Below, piece after piece: positions 25,647 to 34,300 of a stretch of 64,000 nt of DNA (its first letter is position 1; every line of letters starts with the position of its first letter). The position numbers and the translations under genes were made by a program. Below the pieces are notes generated by a model. The model saw only the letters and a program-made list of their open reading frames with translations, made no database searches and was not told the origin of the DNA. The stretch lies in the NCBI GenBank assembly GCA_012295275.1, contig CM022669.1, forward strand, positions 17,608,001 through 17,672,000, given 5' to 3'. Source of the DNA: Chrysomallon squamiferum. Lineage: Eukaryota; Animalia; Mollusca.

Positions 25647-28600
25647 TTAAAAAAATTTAAAATAAAATAAAATAATAATAAACAATTTTTTTTTAAATAA
25701 AAAAAAATAAAAATAATAATAATCAAAAATTACAAAACAAAATAAAAAAAAATAAAATAAAAATAATATATAAATCGTTGAAGTAGACATATTTATATAC
25801 ATTAAACTGAATAATGTTGGCAATAAAGTATTAGCAAATATAGACAGGCCATATATCACACTAAAATTTCATAAACATATCAGTGGAAACGATATGAAAT
25901 TTTCAAAAAAATCTCAAATTAGTTAATAATTTCTGATTTGTAGCAATGCAATCTTCTACAGGTTGCAACCACAGAAATAAGAAATGAGATTAGATCATAC
26001 ACTGATAAATGTTGATAAGATCGATCACTTGCAGTATCATCTAATTCATATCAATTATTAAAACGAATTATATACAGCTGTACACACAAACAAAGTCTGT
26101 GAATGCTGTCATCGATTATAAAAATACTTTGTAACTTCAAATACATTTATTTTGCTTGGACATTTTCTTTTCTTTATAGTGATTTAGACTAGGCTGGTTT
26201 TTAACCATTCATGTATTTAGATCATGCGTTAGAACCCTGTGCATAATTTGTAGTCCTTTCAGATGAAAATCTAACAGCTCTCATCCATCAGTTATAGAAC
26301 AGTCTATATCCATCAGATAAAAATATTAGATAGCTAAACCTTGATACTAATTCCTAAAATTAATAACAAGCCTCTCTGTAAACATTGTGCTATAAATATA
26401 CACTGTGCTGTTTCATCTCAAGGTTTTGTTAAAATTTTAAATGACAACCAACAAGGAGACTATTGTTAATGAAAATGTACTTAAAGGAACTGCTTTGAGT
26501 ATTTTATGACAGTAGAATCATTTTTACGTTTTCTTTTTTTTTAATTATTTTTTTTATTGTTACTGCTTTTCTATATCAATGTTATATTGATTTGTTTTTT
26601 GTCATCTCACTTCAAATTTTATATTTTTCATGTTAATAGACACTTTGATTCAATTAGTTCCATCAAAAAATTTATAAAATGTCTAAAATTAAAAACTATG
26701 GTGATAAAAAACACAAAATCAAACATGACATGTTGAAATAGAAAAATATATAAATATATGTAAAATTTTTTTAAAAAAGGAATCTTTGCCAAAATAATAA
26801 TAATACTGAATTAAATGCACATGTAAAAGAAACCCCCAAAACAACAATGAAAACCAAAAAATATAAAGAAGAAAGGAACAAAAATATATAAAAAAAAAAA
26901 AGAATAATAAAAAAAATTAAAGATATACAAAGTGTATAAGTGACATTTGGTTAACATTTATTATTATTCTCACAAAATAAAACACTTGATATACCCAACA
27001 TATTATTACATTACAGAAATCTTATTTGGTATCTTATGGATATATAATTACATGAATATACATACGATATCATCACTATATTAATAAAGCCATTGGTTTT
27101 AAAATGTTCTATTACTTTTCACTAAACCTTCATAAGCTGGTCACTTGTCAGCTTCTACAACGTGACAGAAAACAGACTGGCAGAAGTATTGTCTAATATA
27201 AGAATGTTTACAATCCACAGATGTATTGTTTAATTATTCTGGACAGCCTAACCTGAGCCGGCAGTTATGATGTAAACTCTCTGGAGAATTTTGTGTTCAC
27301 TGATAAGGGAATTTTATTTGAATGAAATTTTCAGTGGATTGTGTGAACAGTGCTGTTGTTATTTAACAGTATTCAGCTGAGAATTGTATTTTCTGATGTT
27401 GTCTGATATGATATGATAATATGTAACTGCTATTAATGAATTACTGCACTTCATTTTCAGTAGTTTGTAAATGCTTAGTGAAGCAACAGAATCAATTAAT
27501 AGAATGAATGATTTACTTATGCCGTTATGGCTTAAAAACATCATGCATTAGGTACTCACAGTTATAAAACGTTTTTAAAAGCCAAAAAATTGAAAGTCAC
27601 CATAACAGCTCACATCAGACAAGAACACATCTATAACATAACTTATAAGCAAGATCGTTTAAAATAAATGTGCAACGCATATATCTTTTTAGTAGGAATG
27701 TAAAGATGAATATACAATGTGCAGATATTTTTGTTTAGCTTCCCAAATTCAGTGTGTTCACTCATAAAAATTAGTACATGCTTGATTATGTAGACACAAA
27801 CTTAATGGTATCGCATTCAGTATACAAAAAGAAAATATCCAAACCTCGCTCTGTGAAACCTGTTTACTGTGATGCAACAGTGTTGTGTCTTGTAACTGTT
27901 TTATCTGAATTCAAATATATTCTGAGAATTCACATGCAAAAGGAATCAAGTATGTAGCATCATCTTTTTTAATATCAATAATTAATATATGTACTGATAT
28001 GTATTCACCAAAACATGCAGCTATCAAAGTATGGCTTATTTTAACCAGAAAAATACCAAGATGTTGTTGTTTTGTCATTTTTTTTTTCCTTTTTTTTGGT
28101 GGGGTTTACAATAACTTTACCACAGACATCATTTTGATAAATCTATTGTGCTGTATGAACTTGAATGCACAGTAGTCTAACTGAGGATTGAGATGATATC
28201 ATCCTGGGACCTGAAATAATTTCTCTGGCTATTCTGCTGCTTTTTTCTACTCTACAGTTAGTGCAATAATAAAATGTCAGGTGTACCTGTTTTTATTATT
28301 TGAAACATCACTTTCTCGTAGAAAGAACTGTGTGCCTAGATCAGCAATTGTTGCTTGTTTGCCATCCTGGATTGTTAAAGACTGATAAAAAAATATAAAT
28401 AATACGTGAAAAATAATTTTGTAAAAATTAAATAGAACACAAAATACATAAAACAAACAAACAATAACTCTAAAACATTATCAGTGTATGTTTTGTTTTA
28501 TAGTCGAAGGTAATAAATAAAATTAATGTGTTCTAAACACAAAATTACTTATTCATTTCTTGAAAAAGATAATTATCAAAGCACATCATGTGCTTGAAAC

Positions 28601-30124
28601 TGAAAATAAGCAATATGCAATATATTTCAATATGATAAAGAAATTGTGAACAAAATTCAACAAATAAGAATAAAATTTAAAAATATACAAATGCTCTAGC
28701 ATTTATCAAGGTAGCACAACTTAGGAAGCATCACATTGTTTACTGAAATATTTCTTAGTGATAAGTAAATTTAAAAACACATTTAAAGAGTTGATGATAT
28801 AAAATAAGCTTTTTAAAAAACAAATCTTACCTTCACACCTGCCAGAACAATGTTCTTGGCTGGAAATAAAATAAAATTAATTTTGCAAAATATAACAAAT
28901 TTATGATTGTGGAAAAATTAAAGAAAACAAGAATAATATAAATGTTCATATATATATATGTATTCTGTATTTTATTATCTTCAATGTCTTTTTAATAGTT
29001 TGTGAATAAAAATATATTATTGTTTATTAAATAATATAATATTTAATTTTAAGCCTAACTTTTTTATGCTTATTTGCTAAATTTATGACTGTCAGAAAAT
29101 AAAAAACAACATGAATAATATAAATATTCAGGGTCTTTTTATAGCTTGCAAATAAAAATATATTGCTGTTTATATAACATGAATTTAAGCCACTTTTTGA
29201 TACTTATTTGGTAAATGTGGAAATACATCAAAAACTGAAGTAAATGCAAGTTATATTTTTACTTCATTTTGTTTTTTGTTATTATTTTTTTTAAATATAA
29301 CTTTTTTTAAATTCTGATTACAAATATAACAAATATAAAATTATAAATTCATTTGAATAGAATTAAAAATGCTTTCCTTTCTATTCAAAATCATGCTTTT
29401 ATTTTCTGTTGCTACTAATGACTGTAACATTATTGACTGTTTATCTATTTTAGATTTCCAAGAACAAATGCCAGCTGTTTTGCATGATCTGTACCTACAA
29501 GTCTCCAAATTGTCTCTTTAATATTTTAAAGTAGTCTTGGCGTGCCCATACAATCCCCTGGTGCACACAATTATTATCTGGCGCCAAAGGGCAGATACAA
29601 TCTATTTACAGTAGCAGACAGCAAGTAAGATAAAAAAAATAATAAAAATTTGAAAAAACATATAGGTAAACATACCAATTTCAATGCCCAGGCCACCTAG
29701 TCCATACACCAGTACTGAGGAAGTGGCCATACGCTTCATTGCACTGTCTCCAAGGACATATCGTTGTCGACTAAAACAAATATCAATTAAACATGTAAAA
29801 TAATATTCATTTGGTCCAAGTATTTTGAACTTAATTTGAACTGGGACTGAAAGCAATAAGGAATTACCAAATATGAAGAAAATATTTTTTTGAATCACAC
29901 AGATATAAACTCATTGGTAGTGTCAGAATTAGAATATTATCAGTTTTCATATTTTCTTGTATTTCAAATAACAATCATTGCATGCTCAAATGTATCCTAG
30001 TGACACAATCAATACATTTATGACTTACTCCAAGATTTTAAACTGTATTAAATTTACTGAAAAAATCGTAAAATGGAGGAACAAACCTATAAAGAGAATC
30101 ATCTATTTCCACTTCTGCAGCCAT
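2167..30124 (-). CDS. UBA6: Ubiquitin-like modifier-activating enzyme 6 (E1), complete spliced CDS: 34 coding exons, 3072 nt, 1023 aa
   Basis: Manual exon assembly with GT-AG boundaries and consistent phases gives an open frame from [20 protein letters not shown] to [11 protein letters not shown]. It contains E1 motifs [49 protein letters not shown] and [12 protein letters not shown]6-type (not UBA1-type) strings: [44 protein letters not shown]. Confidence 0.96.
2753..2853 (-). CDS. UBA6: UBA6 coding exon 33 ([34 protein letters not shown])
   Basis: cag/gtatgt boundaries; KYG....VV.GVK..Y.P.M motif. Confidence 0.93.
3051..3138 (-). CDS. UBA6: UBA6 coding exon 32 ([29 protein letters not shown]), ubiquitin-fold domain
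   Basis: cag/gtaagt boundaries; FT.WD.W.V.G...FTL motif. Confidence 0.94.
3854..4095 (-). CDS. UBA6: UBA6 coding exon 31 ([10 protein letters not shown]...[16 protein letters not shown]...CFLNLALP...AEKTVI-R)
   Basis: cag/gtgtgt boundaries; corresponds to ORF 3835..4092. Confidence 0.96.
4814..4893 (-). CDS. UBA6: UBA6 coding exon 30 ([26 protein letters not shown])
   Basis: cag/gtgagt boundaries; FEKDDD.N.HIDFI motif. Confidence 0.96.
5301..5427 (-). CDS. UBA6: UBA6 coding exon 29 ([43 protein letters not shown])
   Basis: cag/gtcagt boundaries; ETDE motif; phase 0/1. Confidence 0.88.
5440..5498. repeat. 29-bp tandem duplication just upstream of the exon 29 acceptor
   Basis: atcaatatactcagtgtatgataa occurs twice. 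Confidence 0.9.
5855..5926 (-). CDS. UBA6: UBA6 coding exon 28 ([24 protein letters not shown])
   Basis: cag acceptor, gtagta donor (a second GT lies 3 nt downstream). Confidence 0.9.
6342..6411 (-). CDS. UBA6: UBA6 coding exon 27 ([23 protein letters not shown])
   Basis: cag/gtatgt boundaries. Confidence 0.92.
6587..6720 (-). mobile_element. SINE body remnant (same family)
   Basis: ttagcagcaatggatctgttatg...ttcccatagaggaaaagcacataatacaactttg...ggggcactatctggaac aligns by eye with the other copies and with a mollusc tRNA-SINE core as I recall it. Confidence 0.6.
6815..6878 (-). CDS. UBA6: UBA6 coding exon 26 ([21 protein letters not shown])
   Basis: tag/gtaagt boundaries; FWQSPKRPP motif. 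Confidence 0.95.
7312..7363 (-). CDS. UBA6: UBA6 coding exon 25 ([18 protein letters not shown])
   Basis: cag/gtgagt boundaries; QLLHCFPLD motif. Confidence 0.94.
7677..7805 (-). CDS. UBA6: UBA6 coding exon 24 ([43 protein letters not shown])
   Basis: tag/gtaaaa boundaries; [11 protein letters not shown] motif. Confidence 0.95.
8063..8143 (-). CDS. UBA6: UBA6 coding exon 23 ([27 protein letters not shown])
   Basis: cag/gtgagt boundaries; KP.L.NKFW is UBA6-type. Confidence 0.94.
8356..8445 (-). CDS. UBA6: UBA6 coding exon 22 ([30 protein letters not shown]) with catalytic cysteine (codon 8413-8415)
   Basis: cag/gtttgt boundaries; E1 active-site PxCTxxxxP signature. Confidence 0.97.
8852..8957 (-). 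CDS. UBA6: UBA6 coding exon 21 ([35 protein letters not shown])
   Basis: cag/gtatga boundaries; LLESGT.GTKG motif. Confidence 0.96.
9060..9210. repeat. Degenerate tandem repeat, ~54-bp unit x3
   Basis: tgcattttcagttacaaagtg...ggaaataa..aa.ctaa occurs three times. Confidence 0.85.
9228..9333 (-). CDS. UBA6: UBA6 coding exon 20 ([35 protein letters not shown])
   Basis: cag/gtaagt boundaries; ALDN..AR.YVD motif. Confidence 0.96.
9923..9952 (-). CDS. UBA6: UBA6 coding exon 19, 30 nt ([11 protein letters not shown])
   Basis: tag/gtaaga boundaries, phase 1/1; matches the KI.AH..KV segment of E1s. Confidence 0.88.
10270..10318 (-). CDS. UBA6: UBA6 coding exon 18 ([16 protein letters not shown])
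   Basis: aag acceptor, gtaaac donor; KPKS..AA motif. Confidence 0.92.
10557..10634 (-). CDS. UBA6: UBA6 coding exon 17 ([26 protein letters not shown])
   Basis: cag/gtaaat boundaries; SNLNRQFLF motif. Confidence 0.96.
10882..10959 (-). CDS. UBA6: UBA6 coding exon 16 ([26 protein letters not shown]), ATP-binding Gly loop
   Basis: tag/gttgct boundaries; GxGxxG of the active adenylation domain. Confidence 0.95.
10961..11361. repeat. Minisatellite, ~60-bp unit, about 6-7 copies
   Basis: Unit tagaaacaaaa(t)taacactgttattatcattcttattataacacaaaaa(c)cagtataca repeated directly from the exon 16 acceptor; explains repetitive ORF 10934..11224. Confidence 0.95.
11707..11785 (-). CDS. UBA6: UBA6 coding exon 15 ([26 protein letters not shown])
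   Basis: cag/gtaaaa boundaries; GDRYD motif. Confidence 0.94.
12072..12139 (-). CDS. UBA6: UBA6 coding exon 14 ([23 protein letters not shown])
   Basis: cag/gtaagt boundaries. Confidence 0.92.
12598..12744 (-). CDS. UBA6: UBA6 coding exon 13 ([49 protein letters not shown])
   Basis: tag/gtaata boundaries; GG..AQE.LKA.TGKF.P motif. Confidence 0.95.
12747..12860. repeat. (AAC)n/(AAT)n/(TAG)n compound microsatellite abutting the exon 13 acceptor
   Basis: Direct reading; source of the poly-N ORF. Confidence 0.95.
13452..13518 (-). CDS. UBA6: UBA6 coding exon 12 ([22 protein letters not shown])
   Basis: cag/gtaatg boundaries, phase 2/0. Confidence 0.9.
14477..14553 (-). CDS. UBA6: UBA6 coding exon 11 ([26 protein letters not shown])
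   Basis: tag/gtaagt boundaries; four-helix bundle motif. Confidence 0.93.
14965..15027 (-). CDS. UBA6: UBA6 coding exon 10 ([21 protein letters not shown])
   Basis: tag/gtaatc boundaries, phase 0/0. Confidence 0.9.
15442..15551 (-). CDS. UBA6: UBA6 coding exon 9 ([37 protein letters not shown])
   Basis: cag/gtaagt boundaries; FSI.DT and QVK motifs. Confidence 0.93.
15935..16089 (-). mobile_element. Degenerate tRNA-derived SINE with recognisable head
   Basis: Minus strand begins GGGGCAAGATGTAGCTCAGTGGTTAGAG (Pol III A-box TAGCTCAGTGG). The body (atatgcacagtcccaca...gcctttg...actgg) resembles the copies at 6587, 17153 and 20608. Confidence 0.7.
16361..16484 (-). CDS. UBA6: UBA6 coding exon 8 ([41 protein letters not shown]), FCCH domain
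   Basis: cag/gttagt boundaries; FCCH motif NPG.VT...H.LE.G...F.E..GM..LNG. Confidence 0.95.
16807..16929 (-). CDS. UBA6: UBA6 coding exon 7 ([41 protein letters not shown])
   Basis: cag/gtacat boundaries; F.DFG..F.V.D.TGE motif. Confidence 0.95.
17153..17270 (-). mobile_element. SINE body remnant (same family)
   Basis: caagcaggg...tttacatggaccttcctacacacaggaaagtacataccaaagc...cagttttggagcaatg matches the 6587 copy. Confidence 0.55.
17945..17998. repeat. (CA)n microsatellite
   Basis: Direct reading. Confidence 0.95.
18358..18438 (-). CDS. UBA6: UBA6 coding exon 6 ([27 protein letters not shown])
   Basis: cag/gtacac boundaries, phase 0/0. Confidence 0.92.
18730..19330. repeat. Degenerate triplet low-complexity tract (ACT/ATT/GCT)
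   Basis: Mixed trinucleotide runs; source of the spurious poly-S and poly-L ORFs. Confidence 0.9.
19366..19548. repeat. 93-bp tandem duplication that includes the UBA6 exon 5 donor
   Basis: gacat.aattt.ataaaccattttatttatttgttaatatgctgcatata...gtgtttacctggaatt at 19366 and 19459. Confidence 0.95.
19541..19652 (-). CDS. UBA6: UBA6 coding exon 5 ([37 protein letters not shown])
   Basis: cag/gtaaac boundaries; AELNPYV motif. Confidence 0.95.
20608..20780 (-). mobile_element. Highly degenerate SINE remnant
   Basis: attagcagcaaggattattttgtat ... aagtcatggattactagttaggactggaaaaa shares both ends of the core seen at 6587. Confidence 0.4.
22054..22720. repeat. Old degenerate tandem array, ~110-170-bp units, about 5 copies
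   Basis: Recurrent blocks tttaagattctg.t.aaatg, atttaatgatagt.a.atcca.aatatttt and accagtg.aaa. Confidence 0.8.
22722..22814. repeat. Inverted repeat with ~31-bp arms around an (AT)n loop
   Basis: tattattaaaagaaaaaaccccactaacaact versus agctgttggtgggttttttcttttaataata. Confidence 0.85.
25592..25646. repeat. (TAA)n microsatellite
   Basis: Direct reading. Confidence 0.97.
28287..28381 (-). CDS. UBA6: UBA6 coding exon 4 ([32 protein letters not shown])
   Basis: cag/gtacac boundaries; DLGTQFFL motif. Confidence 0.93.
28831..28859 (-). CDS. UBA6: UBA6 coding exon 3, 29 nt ([10 protein letters not shown])
   Basis: cag/gtaaga boundaries; conserved AKN..LAGVK. Confidence 0.93.
29676..29770 (-). 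CDS. UBA6: UBA6 coding exon 2 ([31 protein letters not shown])
   Basis: tag/gtatgt boundaries; Gly motif of the inactive adenylation domain. Confidence 0.95.
30087..30124 (-). CDS. UBA6: UBA6 coding exon 1 ([13 protein letters not shown]); exon probably starts at 30157 with 33 nt of 5' UTR
   Basis: tttttcag acceptor at 30158-30165, aaagATGG start context, donor gtttgt. IDDSLYSRQ is the conserved E1 N-terminal motif. Confidence 0.9.
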
Positions 30125-30862
30125 CTTTAATTCAGATTATTGAAATGACTAACAAATCTGAAAAATATCAACTATTTTTAATAATAATAATAATAATTTA
30201 TAATAATAGAGCTATAGCTTTCAATTTATTACCAAGTTAAAATTTGTTTGATATTTTCAGAAATTGTTATGCCAGTAATTTTTAAAAAACATATTGGTGT
30301 TTTTATTATTATTAAATTCTTTTTACTACCAAGTGATTTATTTAAATTTTTGTGAAACATTAGATGTATCATATCTGCAGTTTAACATGTTTATATACCT
30401 GATGGACACACAGCATTATTTAGAAATAACAAAACAAATTTTTATAAACATTTGTCTTCCTAACTTATGAAAATGAAAATAGAAGGTAACACTTTCATTA
30501 TTTATTCTAAAAATATATATTAAACAGTTTATCACTTTATGTCAATATATAATCATTATAATACTGAAGTGGGCTAAAAGTTATACGTAGAAGATAATTG
30601 GAAAATGTATTTAAAATCACAGACATATTCTTTACAATTTGATTAAATAATGAATTCGATGAATCATTCATTGTCAAAACTGAAAATATCATTATCATGA
30701 TTACAGATTTCTTATTAGGTTTATCATGTTGTACCGCTTAGTAAACACAGTTTGGCAGCTGAACATTTTATATTTAAAGATCAACACAAAACAATTATAA
30801 CGCAACAATTTATATATAAAGCCTTTATCATAAATTAAAGTAATGTCTTGAAACACGCATAC

Positions 30863-30930
30863 TTGTTTTATAAAGCTTTCAGTTCCTGTCTCGCATCCCA
30901 ATCCGTCTATATACGAACCGGAAATAAAGC
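30863..30930 (-). other. UBA6: Probable non-coding first exon of UBA6 (5' boundary unknown)
   Basis: The ATG exon has an acceptor, so an upstream exon is expected. A donor-like CAA|gtatgc lies at 30863/30862 at the edge of the CpG-enriched region. Confidence 0.45.
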
Positions 30931-31174
30931 CAACATGTTTTGTAAACAACATTTGTATTGGTCAATCTTGGAGAAGCGCAGAATTTCACCAATGAAATCA
31001 GCATTAACAAACACGGTCATATGATTCAGCAACTTGAATGATTCAGGCAAAAAGACACGCCACCTTGTATTTTTAAACTGAAAAGGGAAATAACTCTCCT
31101 CGCTTGTCACATGCACAGAAAAAGTAGCCGGTCGAGGATTTTCACCGATCTTCAGAGTTGAGCTGCAAAGTATA
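30863..31174. promoter_or_regulatory. Bidirectional promoter between UBA6 (-) and futsch/MAP1 (+)
   Basis: Clearly CpG-enriched compared with the flanks. ETS-like ACCGGAAAT at 30917-30925; CCAAT boxes at 30898, 30957 (reverse) and 30989; YY1-like AATGGCG over the futsch ATG. Divergent start codons are about 1.05 kb apart. Confidence 0.75.
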
Positions 31175-31313
31175 ATGGCGACGGAAAGTATGCTCGGTTC
31201 TGAAACGGATGATCTTAGCTTTTCAAATCCACCAGGAGCTGCATTACTTTTAATAATCGGAGAACCTCATTCAGAGGGACACAGGAATTTAATTTTGGAG
31301 GAGATTACGAAAG
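31175..31313 (+). CDS. futsch: MAP1/Futsch-family microtubule-associated protein, first coding exon (partial gene; rest probably beyond the window)
   Basis: Translates as MATESMLGSETDDLSFSNPPGAALLLIIGEPHSEGHRNLILEEITK-G, followed by a strong AAG|gtaagc donor (phase 1). LLIIGEPHSE.H...IL....KG matches my recollection of the Drosophila Futsch N-terminal motif (YLLIVLGEPHSEEHKDNILQHLLKG). Too short to appear in the ORF track. Confidence 0.85.
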
Positions 31314-34300
31314 GTAAGCAAAGAAAATTGTTTTCAAACATTTGACAAGTGCGTGATGAAGTTTTTACTTCTTTTTTTAACATTTTTCTTCAAATTAACA
31401 TAACATTATGTCGTCTGGCAGATCTGCCAGAAATATACATACGTTCCAAGAGGCAATGATTATAGTTATATAATGCAATTTTAAATCAAAGAAAAAATAT
31501 TAATTAAACTTTAAAAAAAAAAAAAAACAAATGGTTTGGGTGGGTTTTTTTGTGGTAACAAATCAATGGCAAATGTTTAACCATGTCTGATGTATTTTTC
31601 TCAATTTAAATGTTATATAGGATTATTCAGGTTGGCATCAGAAATGTATCTGTATGGCTTCATTTTGTATAAAATAATGTTATACTTAACCTCAGTTTAT
31701 TTCTTGCAAAACTATTAATTAAAACATCACAATTTGGTAAAGGATACATATAGACTATTACAGTTCTTCAGGAAAAAATGAAAATGTATTGCATTATTAT
31801 TTTATTTTTTTTTTCAAACATATTCTGAAAATATTTATTCCATTATATATATTGTGTTATATTTTTGTGGATTTGATCATCTCACTATTATGATATTATC
31901 AGATTTAAAATTTTCTGCAGAATTTGGATACTATTAAAAACAATGTGTAAATTTAATTACTTTTGTGTATTATTTAAATGATTTTGTCTGACCCACTTGT
32001 ATCTTTATTAAAATAACACATTCCACTTGCATTCCATTCTGCAACACCTGTCAATTTCTGAAGTGTTCTGAGAGCCATTTGTTTTAATCAATATCAAGAT
32101 GTTAGATATTTAGTCAAGACTACATCTAATTTAAGGTCGATGATGTCATTATTTTTTTTTTATTTTTTTTTTCCATCTCTGACTAATCCAAGATGAAAGT
32201 GCCAGGTTGGCATATACAATTATCATAATTTATACTTTTTATCAAGTGCAATGCATCATGGCCTAACATTCTTTATGGTGAAACACAGTGTGAACAGTAA
32301 AAACATTTTTCTTACTCTGTAACTGCTTTATGTATATCTTTCAATGTTGGAAGAAAAGGAATAGCCTTTATGATAAAAGTCTGACAAACTTTAAACACTG
32401 ATTACAGATAATAAATTTCAAAGCAGAGGCAGAAGATCAGACATTACACATATTTCAATCATTAAATACATTTATTGTCATCTGTAAATAGTTCTGTTTG
32501 TATACTTCATATGAATTGTTGCAATATGCACAATTGTTTATCTGCTTGTATACATATGCATTAAAATGTGATGTCACTTTTTCTTAGGTGTAAATTTATA
32601 AAAAAAAAATTTAAATGCATATTGACAAAGAGGTACAAGTTAATGAAGTCTGACTGGTAAATGTAGTCAGTGTAAGTAAACTACCAAGAAATTGTTTATT
32701 TTTATATATTTTTTCTCTCCCTCTCTTTTTGTCTAATGTTAATGCAATTACAAATTAAGCAGATGATTTAATTTATTACTAAGATCCTGGTGAAGGGAGA
32801 GTGCATCATCTTCCCATTATCCCAACTAAATAACGGCTGACCTATGATACTTTTTATGTAGTCACTCCTGTCTGTTTTCACTTTAGGTGAAGGTACTCAA
32901 CATAGTAATAAGTCATGTGACAAGTGAGACATTTTAAACTACTGCTTTCTGCAACTGTAAAAGGTCATACTAATTATTTTCTAGATAATTCCATACAAAT
33001 ATATATATGCAAATGTAAATCCTTAAAATACTTTTAAACTATTAAACATTTTAAAAATAATGATTGAAATCTTTATCATTTATGTTATCTTCTGTATTGT
33101 ATTAAAATAAATCAGACTGATAGGGGGAAAAATTGGACTTTCAAAAAACAAAATATATACAAAATAACCAGGGTTTTTTTTTTTTTTTTTTTTGTTTAAT
33201 TATTATTTTTAAATATGAAATGTTAAATGGGACTTTGTTATAAATGCTAAAATTGCTCCATCACATCTAATTTTCACTTTTTAGGTAATTTCAACAAAAA
33301 CAGTTACCATATTTTTAAAGTTTCCATAGTTCTTATATTATAAAAGACTTTATAAAATGGACATAGAAATTATGTAGTCAACCTTTGTTTTTACTACCTT
33401 TGCATATATAGCATTGCTGTTACCATAACAAAGCCATTGACCTTATAAGGGATACATTTTTCTCTACCCAGTTGTCAGGTACATTTATATGGTTCCATGT
33501 TGGATTTGGTAATTAGTGATTGATTAATAGGAGGTTTCTGGTAACCTGCTGTTTACAAAGACTTGGTGACAGACCTAGAACAAAGGGCCATGTCTGTCGC
33601 TAGTGCACCCATTCACCTGTCTGCCATATCAATAGGAAGACATTCCTGTTATTCTTTCTTCTTTTTTTGTTTAACATATTGGTAGTGGTATAATGGGGTC
33701 GTAGTCCAGTAGTCAGATACTGGATGGTGAGTTTAATATCATCAGCGAAACAATGGTCATTTATGTTTCTTTATGGCATCAGTGTATTAAAAAGCAATTA
33801 GCCACATGTTGGATGTAGTTTTGTGTTATTGATCTTATGCCATCTTTTGTTCATGGTGTTGGTGAATTTCCTCCTCTTTAAGTTTTGAGTATTCAGAACC
33901 TGTTTTTGTTGCCATATGTTACTGGAGAGAGAAAAAAAAAAAAAAAGGAAAAGCCTATAATTATTTTTAAAAAATTAAAAAGAAGAACATTTTGTGTAGA
34001 TTTCCGTTGTTAATGTATAATTTTGGTTTCATATTATACTAACAGTTTTTGGTTAATGAACCTGAATTATATTTTCATGTAATATTATTTTTTTACTTTA
34101 TTTCTACATACATTATTTAAGAAATACTAAATTATTATTTAGCATTTTTGCTCAGAATATACTGTTGCACATTGTATTCAAAATGTTGTTTATGTTAATG
34201 TTTTATTCAATGTTGTATTTATGCACATGTATGAACAATAATGTTAGTACACCTGTATTGAATACTATAAAAATATATTAGTCACCGATTGCACATATAC

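Noticed and set aside
2167-30124. Calling the E1 gene UBA1 or UBA7
   Set aside because: Diagnostic strings ([43 protein letters not shown]) and the C-terminus match UBA6; only a few residues near the Ubl pocket are UBA1-like.
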